From: Bdellovibrionales bacterium
GTDB lineage: Bacteria > Bdellovibrionota > Bdellovibrionia > Bdellovibrionales > UBA1609
Assembly (NCBI GenBank): GCA_965203095.1
Contig: OZ241877.1
Location: forward strand, 960,001-1,024,000
DNA length: 64,000 nucleotides
Direction of reading: 5' to 3'
The notes under the pieces were generated by a model, which did not search any database, was not told the DNA's origin, and saw only the letters and a program-made list of their open reading frames with translations. This document shows positions 47,002-57,318 of the stretch, piece by piece. Position numbers and translations under genes: made by a program. Each line of letters starts with the position of its first letter. Position 1 is the stretch's first letter.

Positions 47002-48906
47002 TTGTCCGATAAATACAATATGAAGGTTCTCATTTTAGAAGATAACATGGTTTTAGCTCAATCTTTGCAAGAGATTATTCAAAGTGAAGGTGGGGGGGTG
47101 AAGATCTGTAACTCCTACAAAGAGGCAGATCGCGAGCTCAATAAAGAGCTTTTTGATCTCTTAGTTTTAGACTATTTGCTCCCGGACAAAAAAGGTTTTG
47201 AAGTTTTAAATGCTTTGTCTTTTAAAAAACAGCACCTTACTATGAAAATCGCGATTATCAGTGGTTTTGTTGATCCCGCTTTGGTTTTACAGAACACCCC
47301 TGACAAATTCAAAAATCAAACCACTTTTTTCAAAAAGCCCATTGATGAAAAAAAACTTATTGAGTTTTTACAAGAGATCAAAACCACAGAGTCTAATCAC
47401 CATGAAAAGGCTTTTTTTGAAAAGGATTCTCTTGAAAATCCCTTGAGTTTTTATTTGCCACGAGATCAAGTTTTTACTTCTGGCAAACTGATTTCTATTG
47501 TTTTTATAGCCTATTTAAAACAATTCACTGGGGAATTAAAACTCAAGAGAGACAACAACATTACCTACATTCGATTTTATGAAGGGAGTATTGTGCAAAT
47601 CACCGGAAACGACAAAAAATCTTTTCTTGGAAATTTACTGATCGAGTATGGCCTGTCCTTTTCAAAAGATATTTCTGATTCGCTAAAAACCAAAGACCCT
47701 GATCACCTGTTAGGGAAAAAACTGCTGGAAAAGGAGTTATTGAACCCATACATGCTCAATCTCATGCTTAAAGAACAGATCCGGATCCGTTTGTCTGAAG
47801 TTATGTCTTATCCCTCTTTTACTGTGGAGATTTTAGAGAAAGAAAACCAATTTTCTGCAAACAGGGTGATTTTTGATGAGATAGATTTAATGGAATGGTT
47901 GGCCGGCAGTGTTCAAACAGAATTAACTGATGATTTTTTTAAAAAATTTTATTTGGAATTTCAGACTTGTCTTGTCTATAAGGCAAAGCCTGTTCGTAAA
48001 AATTTTATCCAACAAGCACAGTTTTTAAAAAAATATAATCTTTGGTTTGAAAATTTTAAAGATGGCACAACATTATCTGCCCTGATACATCATCCGGTAA
48101 ACCCCCTTATTGGACCTATTCTCTACTTTGGGCTTTGTTCTAAATCTCTTTACTTGCAGAAAGAAAAAAGCTCTGAGTCAAAACACTTAGAACACCTTTT
48201 AGATTCTATTATAGAGCAGGATTCTAAAGACCTCTTTGCCGTGCTTAAGCTACCTTGGGCGGCAGAGCCTTCAGCAGTGGAAAAAAGCTATAAACAGTTG
48301 ATTCAAAAGGTTCATCCCGATCTTTTGCCCTCTTCAGTTAGCCAAGAGTTAAGAGATAAAGCCAACAAAGCTCTTTCTTGTGTTTTTAAAAGCTATCAAA
48401 CTTTAAGAGACGAGAAAAAAAGGGAAAAATATATTAAATCCCAAAAAGAGCATAGTGTCATGTTTGTAATGAACAAGTATAATGAAGGGATTAACAAAAT
48501 CAAAAAAGAGCAATACGAAAAAGGGGTCAATATTCTTTTAAAAATCACCAATAACGAATATTCTCCCAGGGACACTTGTCTTTATATTTTATGGGGACGT
48601 ATAAAATCTATGTCTTTTGATGAGGCAGAGAAACAAGAAGAAGCAGTAAAGCTTAAAAAAGCAATTGATTTTTGCCCCGCTTCTTTAAAAATTACTCCTC
48701 TGTTTTGGTTTGTCAAAGGCTTATTTTTCGTGAAAACAGAGCAATATGAAAAAGCAGAAGAGTTTTTTAATAAAAGCCTCACAGCTAAAGAGGATTTTTT
48801 TGCTGTGAAAAAAGAATTAATTTTTGTCAGACAAAAGATTAAAAGTTCTCAAGCCAAAAAATCAGAAAACAAATGGCTTAATTTTTTATTTAAAAAATCC
48901 AGTTAA
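47002..48906 (+). CDS. Receiver domain + DUF4388-like + DnaJ domain + TPR protein
   Basis: VLILED...LDYLLPD...KP receiver; TGELKL...F.EG.I; HPD-containing J domain; C-terminal TPR-like helices. Confidence 0.8.
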   Translation: MSDKYNMKVLILEDNMVLAQSLQEIIQSEGGGVKICNSYKEADRELNKELFDLLVLDYLLPDKKGFEVLNALSFKKQHLTMKIAIISGFVDPALVLQNTPDKFKNQTTFFKKPIDEKKLIEFLQEIKTTESNHHEKAFFEKDSLENPLSFYLPRDQVFTSGKLISIVFIAYLKQFTGELKLKRDNNITYIRFYEGSIVQITGNDKKSFLGNLLIEYGLSFSKDISDSLKTKDPDHLLGKKLLEKELLNPYMLNLMLKEQIRIRLSEVMSYPSFTVEILEKENQFSANRVIFDEIDLMEWLAGSVQTELTDDFFKKFYLEFQTCLVYKAKPVRKNFIQQAQFLKKYNLWFENFKDGTTLSALIHHPVNPLIGPILYFGLCSKSLYLQKEKSSESKHLEHLLDSIIEQDSKDLFAVLKLPWAAEPSAVEKSYKQLIQKVHPDLLPSSVSQELRDKANKALSCVFKSYQTLRDEKKREKYIKSQKEHSVMFVMNKYNEGINKIKKEQYEKGVNILLKITNNEYSPRDTCLYILWGRIKSMSFDEAEKQEEAVKLKKAIDFCPASLKITPLFWFVKGLFFVKTEQYEKAEEFFNKSLTAKEDFFAVKKELIFVRQKIKSSQAKKSENKWLNFLFKKSS

Positions 48907-49949
48907 AGTTTGCGAAAATTTAAACGCCAAGACTTAGACCCACCGTTTTTAACCTGACTCCAAAGAAGCCCCCTCCTTTTTTGAGCCGGTGACCAAAGTG
49001 AAGAATGGACTACCTTTCCTAAATCAATCAATTCCTCTTCAGGAAATAAAGAGAATAATGATTTTTTATTTTGGACAATAAGAACAAGGCCCAATCCGCA
49101 ATTAAAGGTTTGCAAAAGTGCTCTCCATGATAAATTTGCCTTTTGTTTCACATCCAAAAAACAAGAGGGAATGAGCCAAGGTTTGAGATCGGCCACTAAA
49201 CCTTTAGGCAAAATGCGGGACAGATTATCTAATCCCCCCCCGGTAATATGGGCTATAGCCCTAAGCCCTCGAATTTGATGGAAATGATCAGATAAAAAAG
49301 CATAAAGCTTTGTGGGGCGGATTAAGTTTTTTTTATGTTTTTTTAATTGAGATGGAGAATTATAAATTTTTCGCAACAAAGAGTAGCCATTGCTGTGGAA
49401 GCCAGAACTTTTAAAGGCAACAATGTCATCCCCTGGGCGAACCCGATGAGGCTTTAAAATTTTTGATTTTTCAACCACTCCCACACAAAAACCCGCACAA
49501 TCCACCTCTCCGGCAGGATAAAAACCAGCCATTTCCGCTATCTCTCCACCAGATAGAGGGCAGGTCGCCTCATGACAAGCTTTTTTCAAACCTTTAAGAA
49601 AAGCCTTAGCTTGAAGAGGTTTCAGTTGCCCGCAAGCATAATAATCCATGAAAAAAAGTGGTTTAGCCCCTACACAGATCAGATCATTAACGCACATAGC
49701 GACCAGATCTTGGCCAATGCCTTCCCAAGTTTTAAAATGATGAGCTATCTTAAGCTTAGTTCCCACCCCATCTGTGGTGGCCACTAAAACAGGCTTTTGA
49801 AATTCTGCGGTTGGGAAAGGCCATAAAGCGGCATAATCGCTGGCTGAAAAAGCATGAGGAGAGGGATTGGTTTTTTTAATCCACCTGACAAGCTTTTCTG
49901 CTTTTTGAATGTTCACTCCCGACTTTTTATAATTTAATTTTTTTGGCAT
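48903..49949 (-). CDS. purM: Phosphoribosylformylglycinamidine cyclo-ligase
   Basis: Y..SGV, TDGVGTK, DLVAMCVND, HSNGYSL, HITGGG, TFNCG.G. Start at MPKK. Confidence 0.95.
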   Translation of the reverse strand: MPKKLNYKKSGVNIQKAEKLVRWIKKTNPSPHAFSASDYAALWPFPTAEFQKPVLVATTDGVGTKLKIAHHFKTWEGIGQDLVAMCVNDLICVGAKPLFFMDYYACGQLKPLQAKAFLKGLKKACHEATCPLSGGEIAEMAGFYPAGEVDCAGFCVGVVEKSKILKPHRVRPGDDIVAFKSSGFHSNGYSLLRKIYNSPSQLKKHKKNLIRPTKLYAFLSDHFHQIRGLRAIAHITGGGLDNLSRILPKGLVADLKPWLIPSCFLDVKQKANLSWRALLQTFNCGLGLVLIVQNKKSLFSLFPEEELIDLGKVVHSSLWSPAQKRRGLLWSQVKNGGSKSWRLNFRKL

Positions 49950-50179
49950 TATACCTCTTGCTGAATAGTTTTTGCTTATTTTTTTAAAGCTTTTTAAGAG
50001 GGAAGATCTCCTCACTTTTTAAAACTTAAGCCATAAAACAAGTTTCTCATTGAGCGAGAAAAAAATCAAAAACAAATCTCAAGGATCTTCATGGGACAAT
50101 AGTCTAAAAAACATTAAAGGGACTTAAAAGGCCAGCAGAGAATCAGACTTTTTATAAAAAACCTGATAAAATCCAAAAT

Positions 50180-51157
50180 ATGAAGTTTTTATTATTGATA
50201 TGTTTTTTTGGGGGCCAAGCCCTTCAGGCAGAATTAGAGTCGTTTTCCCTGCAAAACAAGCCCTCCCCACAACAACAGGAATCCAAGAAAGATCAAGCCC
50301 TTCAAGCAGGACCAAAGCGTTGGGTTTTAGCTCAAAACGAGATGAGCACTTTTGACCCTTTTATTGATTATGGGGAATTTCAAGACAATGTGGCTGAGGA
50401 AGAAAGCATTAACTTTTTTAGAAACGGTCGATCTTTATCCGTTCTTCTTTTTGGAGGTTATGAAGCCGTCACAATGAATATGAGATATATTTACGGGGAC
50501 AATCCTTTTCTTTTAGGAGCTGGCCTTGGCTTTTTTTTAGATCTTCGTTTTGCTATTCAGGTTAATGGGACTTTTTCCTCTGAGCATTATGATAGTTTGC
50601 TTAATTCTCTCTCCCCATTTGCTCATTATGGGCTGAATTTAAAATATTACTTTAACAGGCAATATATCAATCAAGATAAGGATTTTTTTAATCCCTATCT
50701 GATTTTTGGCCCCTTCTGGATAAACATTAAATCCAATATTCCTAAGCCGGAAAACCCCTTTCCTCCTCCAGCCCTACCGGTAGCTCCAGCCTCTCCTAAT
50801 AACCCGCAGGCAGGCCCCGCAACAGTTCCCCTTGCTCAGCCATCGGGAGTGCCGGAAGAGGACAAGAAAGCCTTGGCCGCTTACAACGCGGCAGGGATAA
50901 AATTGGGCTTTGGTTTTGAATTTGCCTTGATCAAGCAGAGTTTTGTAGGTTTAGAAGTCTCATATCTTTACACAGTTTTAGAGCATGAAAACCAAGACTT
51001 ATCCGCTAATAAGTTTAATTGGCCCCCCCCGGCTCAAAGCCCTGCCAATCAAAGCTGGTTTAATAGGCTGAGGTTTCCACAAAGGCCCGCACTGGAGGGG
51101 ATTCGCTATTTTGGTGATTTAATTGATGCTGTTGTGGTATTTGGTGTTAATTTTTAA
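50180..51157 (+). CDS. Outer-membrane beta-barrel protein
   Basis: Signal peptide, amphipathic strands, terminal Phe. Confidence 0.7.
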   Translation: MKFLLLICFFGGQALQAELESFSLQNKPSPQQQESKKDQALQAGPKRWVLAQNEMSTFDPFIDYGEFQDNVAEEESINFFRNGRSLSVLLFGGYEAVTMNMRYIYGDNPFLLGAGLGFFLDLRFAIQVNGTFSSEHYDSLLNSLSPFAHYGLNLKYYFNRQYINQDKDFFNPYLIFGPFWINIKSNIPKPENPFPPPALPVAPASPNNPQAGPATVPLAQPSGVPEEDKKALAAYNAAGIKLGFGFEFALIKQSFVGLEVSYLYTVLEHENQDLSANKFNWPPPAQSPANQSWFNRLRFPQRPALEGIRYFGDLIDAVVVFGVNF

Positions 51158-51228
51158 GTGGACAAAGCCGAAAAGATATTATAGAAGGTATTGTGGGTCT
51201 ATTTAAAATTATTAAAAAGGGGCAATCC

Positions 51229-51822
51229 ATGAAAAAGCTTTTGATATTATCCTTAATCCTTATGTCCTCTTCCTGGAGTGGGATAGCCTATTCTGCCAAG
51301 AAATACCGCTATATTAAAAGAGAACATGGCGTCCGGTTCCAAGGGAATATTCCTATAGAAATGGGAGCAGGAGGTTTCGCGGTGAGAGTGGAACTCAAAG
51401 GAGCTTATACTTACAACTGGAGAGGCTGGCTGGAGTTTGGGCCTTATTTTGAAATGGCACCTCAAATTATGCCTCAATTTATGTTGGGGAGCTTAAATGG
51501 TGGAATAATGACTGAATACAATATTATAAAAAACAGAGGTAAGAGAAAGATCATTCCCACTGTGGGGGTGAAAATAGGGATGGATAAAAGTGGCGGCGCC
51601 CCTGTGGGGCTGGAATCTGCTGGAGGGGGGCAAACTCTTATCGCCGTAGGGCCTTATGCGGCTTTAAAGCTTTTTGTTGGGAAAAGAACTCCCTTTACAG
51701 TCAGCTTGGATTATCTTATCCGAATGCCCATGAACTTTATGTCTCTGCCGGGGATGGGGATGACACATCACCCTCGGATCACTATGGGCTTTTCTTATTA
51801 TTTTGATTTTTATAAAAATTAG
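51229..51822 (+). CDS. Small outer-membrane beta-barrel protein
   Basis: MKKLLILSLIL signal, about eight amphipathic strands, GFSYYF near the end. Confidence 0.7.
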   Translation: MKKLLILSLILMSSSWSGIAYSAKKYRYIKREHGVRFQGNIPIEMGAGGFAVRVELKGAYTYNWRGWLEFGPYFEMAPQIMPQFMLGSLNGGIMTEYNIIKNRGKRKIIPTVGVKIGMDKSGGAPVGLESAGGGQTLIAVGPYAALKLFVGKRTPFTVSLDYLIRMPMNFMSLPGMGMTHHPRITMGFSYYFDFYKN

Positions 51823-52628
51823 TAGGTTTTTTTAGGGCTAAAGGTGGGTTTTTTAACTTCTTTTGGCCATTGAAACACTTTTTCTATATCCGATTCTCTC
51901 AATCTTTTAAAAGTCCCTAAAGTTAATTTATTCATTTTGAGACGACCAATGGCTGTTCGCCTCAATCGGCGGACGGGAAAGCCTATTTTTTCAAACATTT
52001 CCCGGATCTGTCGCTTTTTCCCTTCACTGATAATGATTTTGACCCATACATTGGACACTGCTTTTTGGCCGACCTTTTGGATAAACAAGGCTTTTCGCTT
52101 TCCCGTCCCACCGGGAAGGCTGACCCCGCGGAGCAACCGTTTTAAATGGCTTGGCTGAGGGCAACCTTTAAGTTTAACAAGGTAAGTTTTTGGAATCTGA
52201 TTTCTGGGATGAAGAATTTTAGCAGAAAGGGAACCATCATTTGTTAAAAGCAAAAGCCCTTCTGAATCCCAATCCAGTCGGCCTATGGGGAATAAGCCTT
52301 TCTTATGTTTTTTAAAATAATCTAAGACTAAAGGTCGCCCTAATGGATCATAACGACTGCTTAAAACTTTTTGTGGTTTGTTGAATAGAAAACAGACAGA
52401 TTCTGGTTTTTTTGAGCTGAGTTGGTATTTTTTAATTCGAACCCGATCTTTTTTAGGATCGACAAAAAAAGCTCCCTGAGCCACTTTCTGGCTATTGACA
52501 AAAACCTCTCCTTTTTTAATGGCCTCATCGGCTTTTCGGCGGGATAGCCCCGCTCGTTGTGAGATAAACTTGTTTAATCGAACAGAAAGAGGATTTTTTG
52601 ATGATTTTGATAAAGCTTTACTCTTCAT
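51819..52628 (-). CDS. rluB: RluB/RsuA-family pseudouridine synthase
   Basis: S4 domain RLNKFIS...SRRKAD, GRLDWDSEGLLLLTNDG. Start corrected to 52628. Confidence 0.88.
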   Translation of the reverse strand: MKSKALSKSSKNPLSVRLNKFISQRAGLSRRKADEAIKKGEVFVNSQKVAQGAFFVDPKKDRVRIKKYQLSSKKPESVCFLFNKPQKVLSSRYDPLGRPLVLDYFKKHKKGLFPIGRLDWDSEGLLLLTNDGSLSAKILHPRNQIPKTYLVKLKGCPQPSHLKRLLRGVSLPGGTGKRKALFIQKVGQKAVSNVWVKIIISEGKKRQIREMFEKIGFPVRRLRRTAIGRLKMNKLTLGTFKRLRESDIEKVFQWPKEVKKPTFSPKKTY

Positions 52629-53121
52629 TTTTGTTTTTAGATAGACGAATATCTTGAATATAAAAGAACAATAAAATAGAAATGCCAACCACAATAAAAG
52701 AATCCGCAATATTAAATGTGGGCCAGTGAAAAGCCTTAACATGCCAATCAATAAAATCCACAACATAGCCCAAACGGACCCGATCCAAAAAATTCCCAGC
52801 GGCACCACCGAGGATAAAAGACAAAGCCATCACTTGAAGTCGATTTTCCGTCTCCTTTAACATAGCAAAAATGAAAGCCACGCAGACAATAGGTAAAAGT
52901 AAAAACAACACAAAACGCACCCCATAAGGGCTGGAATTAAAAAGGCCAAAAGCCCCACCCGCATTAGTGATATAGGCAATGTTAAAAAAACCATTTATCA
53001 CCACATAAGGTTCTTCCAGTTGAATTTTAGAGCTGACAAAAATTTTTGTAGCCTGATCCAAGCAGAGCACAGCAGAGCTGAGGACAGCAGTGAATAAGTA
53101 TTTTAAAGAGGGATGAGACAT
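52618..53121 (-). CDS. lspA: Lipoprotein signal peptidase
   Basis: DQATK, N.GGAFG, GNFLDR, VVDFI, FNIAD. Confidence 0.96.
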   Translation of the reverse strand: MSHPSLKYLFTAVLSSAVLCLDQATKIFVSSKIQLEEPYVVINGFFNIAYITNAGGAFGLFNSSPYGVRFVLFLLLPIVCVAFIFAMLKETENRLQVMALSFILGGAAGNFLDRVRLGYVVDFIDWHVKAFHWPTFNIADSFIVVGISILLFFYIQDIRLSKNKNEE

Positions 53122-53351
53122 TTTATATGCTTATAGTTAAAGGGGAAGACATTATTCATTATTATATAATTTGTTGCCTTTGGTTTTTTGTAAGCTTTTA
53201 CCTTATGATAAAATCCACTCAATAAAAACATGAAACTCCTCGCCCGCCAATGCAAAAATCCCAACACAAAAATCATGAGGCAAGAGCATTCTTCAGTATT
53301 TTTAACAGACATAAATTATCCTGTCTATAATTATTTCTTCGTGAAAAAACT

Positions 53352-56120
53352 TTAATCTTCTTTTAAATTTTTATCACATTTCAGGCAGAGATTTTTAGAA
53401 TTTAGTTTTTTGCTTATAAACCAGCAACGAGGGCATTTGCTTCCCAAAGCGGGTTCTGCCTCTATTTGAAGTGCTTCCCCCTTCATAATCTGTATTTGAG
53501 AGATAGAGAAAAACTCCAACATTTCCTGCTCATTCAAAAACGGGCTTATAAAATCTTCTGTTAAAATGATTTTTGCCTGAGCTTGTAAATTGGAACCTAT
53601 TTTTCCCTGTCTTCTTAGTTCTTCTAACTGTTTATTTAACTGCTCTCTGAGAGGGAAAAGCCGGGCAAAAAAATTATTCAAGCCCTCATCCTGCCATTCA
53701 GCAGTTTCTGAGGGAAAATCTTTTAAAAACACACTCACTTCTGTTTTTTTAGGCAAATGGGAGTAAGCCTCTTCAGAGAGAAAACTGGTGACAGGTGCCA
53801 TAAGAGGCAAAAGTTTGTCTATAAGATGATATAAAACAGTTTGTGCTTTTTTCCTCTCTAAACCGTGTTTAGGGAAAGTGTAAAGGCGATCTTTTATAAT
53901 GTCTAAATAAAAAGCAGACAGTTGAACTGTAAAAAAACGATTCCATAACTGATAGACTTTGTGAAAGACAAACTGGTCAAAAGCTTTTGTGCTTTCTAAA
54001 ATCAAGTTGTTGAATTGCCCTAAAATCCAGCGATCTCCACAGTTTAATTTTTTAAAACTTAACAGTTCTTTTTCCGGATTAAAGTCGTTCAAATTACCCA
54101 ATATAAAACGAAAGGTATTGCGAAAACGGCGATAACTTTCCTTCACCCTTTGAAAGCTCTCTTCTCCAGCATTAATGTCAAGAGAAAAGTTTTCACTGGC
54201 AGTCCAGAGCCTTAAAATTTCTGCCCCATTTTTATCAATGATATTTTTGGGATCTAAGACATTCCCCCGGCTCTTGCTCATTTTTCGCCCTTGTTTGTCA
54301 TTAATAAATCCATGGGTGAGTAAACTTTTAAAAGGAGGCTCACCGTTTAAAGCTAAAGAGGAAAGAAGGCTGGTTTGAAACCAGCCTCTATGCTGGTCAC
54401 TTCCTTCTAAAAAAAGATCTGCTGGAAAGCTCAAGCCCAACTCTTTTTCTTTTTTTGAAAAAAAAGAGTGCTGAATCCCACTGTCAAACCAAACATCTAA
54501 AATATCTTCTCCTTTCTGAAAGTGCTCTCCCTTACAATCGGGACACTTTATGCCTTCTGGCAAAAGCTCTTTAGCTGATCTTGAAAAATAATACTCTATC
54601 CCCTCTCCTCCTTTTTCCATTTCATCAGCGATTTTTTCTATAACTGAAGGATCTAAGAGAGCTTTTTTACAGTTCACACAGTAAAAAACAACCAAAGGCA
54701 CGCCCCAAAGCCTCTGCCGGCTCAAGCACCAATCAGGACTGGTTTGAATCATGGCTTTAAGACGAGCTTTCCCCCAAGAAGGGATAAAATGAATGTCTTT
54801 TTCACAAGCTTTTAAGGCTTGAGATCGAATACCGGAAGAGCTTTTTTTACCCAAAGACAAAAACCACTGAGGGGTTAGACGATAAATCAAAGGAGAATCA
54901 GAGCGAGGGTTATAAGGGTAGCTATGGGAAATCTCCTTATGACTTAGGAGATGCTTTGATCTTTTCATCATATCAATAATTACTCGGTTGCCTTTAAAAA
55001 TAAAAAGCCCTCTTAAGCTTTCCGGAAGATCAGAGCTGAAATGCCCCCTCTCATCCACAGGGCAATAGGCTTTGAGCTGGTATTTTTCCCCCATGAGATG
55101 ATCTTCTATGCCATGGCCAGGAGCTGTGTGCACTAAGCCTGTTCCCATTGATAAATTGACATGTTCTCCTAAAACCCAAGGGGAAGTTCTATTCATAAAA
55201 GGATGAAGGCTGACAAGCCCCTGGAGCTGTTTTCCTTTAAAAGTTTTTTGTTTTTTTAAAGAGGGAAGGCCCACTTCTTTAAACACAGCTTCTGCCAGCG
55301 AACAGGCCAGAATATAAAACTCTTTTTCCCCCTTATAAAGGCCATACTCCAGATCAGAATGAAGACAGATGCCGGAATTGGCCGGCAGGGTCCAGGGAGT
55401 AGTGGTCCATATCAGCCCAGCTGTGGGTTGGGGAACAGATAGTTTTTTTTCCGACAGAGGGTCTAAATAAAATTTTACATAAATAGAGGGGCTTTTATGG
55501 GTTCTGTATTCTGCTTCAGAAAAGGCCAAAGCGGTTTTTAACTTAAAGCACCAGAATACGGGTTTCTCCCCACGATAAATATAACCTTTTCGCACCAAAC
55601 GGGCAAAAGCCCGGACCTCTTCGGCTTCATAGTCGTAAGACATGGTAAGACAGGGCTTTTCCCAATCGGCTAAAACGGCTAACCTTTGAAAACTTTGCCT
55701 TTGATTTTTCATCCAGAAAAGAGCTTCTCTCCGGCAAAGCTCTCTCAAGCTTTTTGCTGTTGGATAGGGCTTTGAAGTGGGGATTTTTTTAAGAGTTTTT
55801 AACTCAATAGGTAGACCGTGGCAATCCCATGAAGGGATAAAGGGGGCTTTAAAACCCTTAAGATTTTTGTATTTGATCACAATGTCTTTTAAAATTTTAT
55901 TAAGGGCATGGCCGATATGGATAGGCCCATTGGAATAAGGAGGGCCATCGGGAACAAAAAAAAGTGGGGAGCTTTTTCTTTTATTTAAGATTTTTTTATA
56001 AATTTGATTTTCATTCCATTTTTTGATGATTTTTGGTTCTGTTTCTGGCAAACGGGCCTTCATCGGAAAATTTGTTTTAGGGAGATGGAGAGTTTGGCTA
56101 TAGTGATCTGGCTTTTTCAT
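53352..56120 (-). CDS. ileS: Isoleucine--tRNA ligase
   Basis: DGPPY.NG..HIGH, WTTTPWT, EGSDQHRGWF, KMSKS, C-terminal CxxC zinc finger. Confidence 0.97.
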   Translation of the reverse strand: MKKPDHYSQTLHLPKTNFPMKARLPETEPKIIKKWNENQIYKKILNKRKSSPLFFVPDGPPYSNGPIHIGHALNKILKDIVIKYKNLKGFKAPFIPSWDCHGLPIELKTLKKIPTSKPYPTAKSLRELCRREALFWMKNQRQSFQRLAVLADWEKPCLTMSYDYEAEEVRAFARLVRKGYIYRGEKPVFWCFKLKTALAFSEAEYRTHKSPSIYVKFYLDPLSEKKLSVPQPTAGLIWTTTPWTLPANSGICLHSDLEYGLYKGEKEFYILACSLAEAVFKEVGLPSLKKQKTFKGKQLQGLVSLHPFMNRTSPWVLGEHVNLSMGTGLVHTAPGHGIEDHLMGEKYQLKAYCPVDERGHFSSDLPESLRGLFIFKGNRVIIDMMKRSKHLLSHKEISHSYPYNPRSDSPLIYRLTPQWFLSLGKKSSSGIRSQALKACEKDIHFIPSWGKARLKAMIQTSPDWCLSRQRLWGVPLVVFYCVNCKKALLDPSVIEKIADEMEKGGEGIEYYFSRSAKELLPEGIKCPDCKGEHFQKGEDILDVWFDSGIQHSFFSKKEKELGLSFPADLFLEGSDQHRGWFQTSLLSSLALNGEPPFKSLLTHGFINDKQGRKMSKSRGNVLDPKNIIDKNGAEILRLWTASENFSLDINAGEESFQRVKESYRRFRNTFRFILGNLNDFNPEKELLSFKKLNCGDRWILGQFNNLILESTKAFDQFVFHKVYQLWNRFFTVQLSAFYLDIIKDRLYTFPKHGLERKKAQTVLYHLIDKLLPLMAPVTSFLSEEAYSHLPKKTEVSVFLKDFPSETAEWQDEGLNNFFARLFPLREQLNKQLEELRRQGKIGSNLQAQAKIILTEDFISPFLNEQEMLEFFSISQIQIMKGEALQIEAEPALGSKCPRCWFISKKLNSKNLCLKCDKNLKED

Positions 56121-56186
56121 TGAGGATTCAGTATATCAGAAAAAATCTTTAAATTGTCAAATAGGGATTTAAGTTTTTGTGCTCAC

Positions 56187-56470
56187 AAGCGAAACCAGTT
56201 TGTTCGCGGGAACAAGTGCCTTGACCCCTCACCGTTGGTTTTTGCTTACAGAGCTTTTTCATAGACAATTCTTTAGTTTCTTTGCCCAAAAGCTACAGCA
56301 TTTCGGGACGGAAATACCTTGGACCCTCATGCTGTGGCTTTGGGCAAAAGAAGTTAAAAGGATAGTTTTAGTAGCCTTCCCATAAAAAGCTTGCTTTTAA
56401 TAGATTGCATAAGTGAAACCAACTTGTTTGCGGGAAAAGCACCTTGGCCTCTCACCGGTGGGTTTTTAAA
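56187..56470 (-). repeat. Three structured repeats with a conserved TGAG(G/A)G.(C/T)CAAGG core
   Basis: Units at about 56187-56248, 56281-56348 and 56411-56468, each with an outer stem and inner hairpin. Confidence 0.6.
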
Positions 56471-56486
56471 GCCAAAGATTGAATTT

Positions 56487-57034
56487 TTAGTTAGAGGGTT
56501 TTAATTCAAAATTCTTTGTCTGCTGGTTATAAGTGACTATGTTTTTATGTCGGCGAAAAAACTTATCAAAAGTGGGAGCTATCAGATCCAGCTGGCCATC
56601 CCCATCATCATCCTCTATAAAAAGGGAGAACATCTGTTTTTTTTCTAAAGGATGGTAGTGATAAGCCTCTCTTTCTCCTTTCAGGAGGATTTTATTGATT
56701 CTCAAAAAAGAGTTATCCGGCTGAGGGCTTAAAAAATCCAGATGGATTTTGTTTCCACTCTGAACTTTAAGCACACGAACATCTATACCAAACTCAATCA
56801 AAGGCCCCTCCATCCTTTGAAGTTCTTTTAGAAAGGGAGGCTTATAGAGGAATGAAAGCCATGGGACTTTTTTTAAAGACGGAGTTTGAGTGATAAAAAT
56901 AAAATGAGAAGCAAAAGTTAGAATTAGCAAAAGGCCAATGAACATTGTTTTTTTGGAAAAGATGAGAGATCGCTTTTGCCTTAATAAGGCCATCCCGTTT
57001 TTCCATTTCAAAAAAAATTTTTGTTTTGTGCTCA
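56487..57034 (-). CDS. Hypothetical membrane-anchored protein with FG-GAP/EF-like DxDGDG motif
   Basis: TM segment, DDDGDGQLDLIAP. GCCGATAA at about 57090 suggests a start downstream of the track start. Confidence 0.65.
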
Positions 57035-57318
57035 TCTTAAACCTCTGCTTTTTTGCAAAAAAGAGACATAAAAGCCAATCAATAAATCTTATCGGCAAAA
57101 AAAGAAATTTTATTGAATCTTTTTATAACAAAAACAAGAGCACAGGCTTTAGTCCAAGATATTTAATGAGCTGAGCAGAATAAATTAGAAAAAAAGACGA
57201 TTCTACAGTGAATTTAACATTGATTATTTGCCACAAAAGAATATTATACTATATAGTTGCAATATGGCATTTTCAGAAACACCAACAAAAACAATAAGCA
57301 TCAGGGAAACAAGCCAAG

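Noticed and set aside
52629..52808. Hydrophobic N-terminal extension of the pseudouridine synthase
   Set aside because: It overlaps lspA in another frame; the true start is likely 52628.
53103..53312. 69-aa ORF between ileS and lspA
   Set aside because: No recognisable motif and it overlaps the lspA start; cannot be supported.
56121..56470. T-box riboswitch upstream of ileS
   Set aside because: No GGTGGNACC T-box motif on the sense strand, and a putative promoter lies between the repeats and the start codon.
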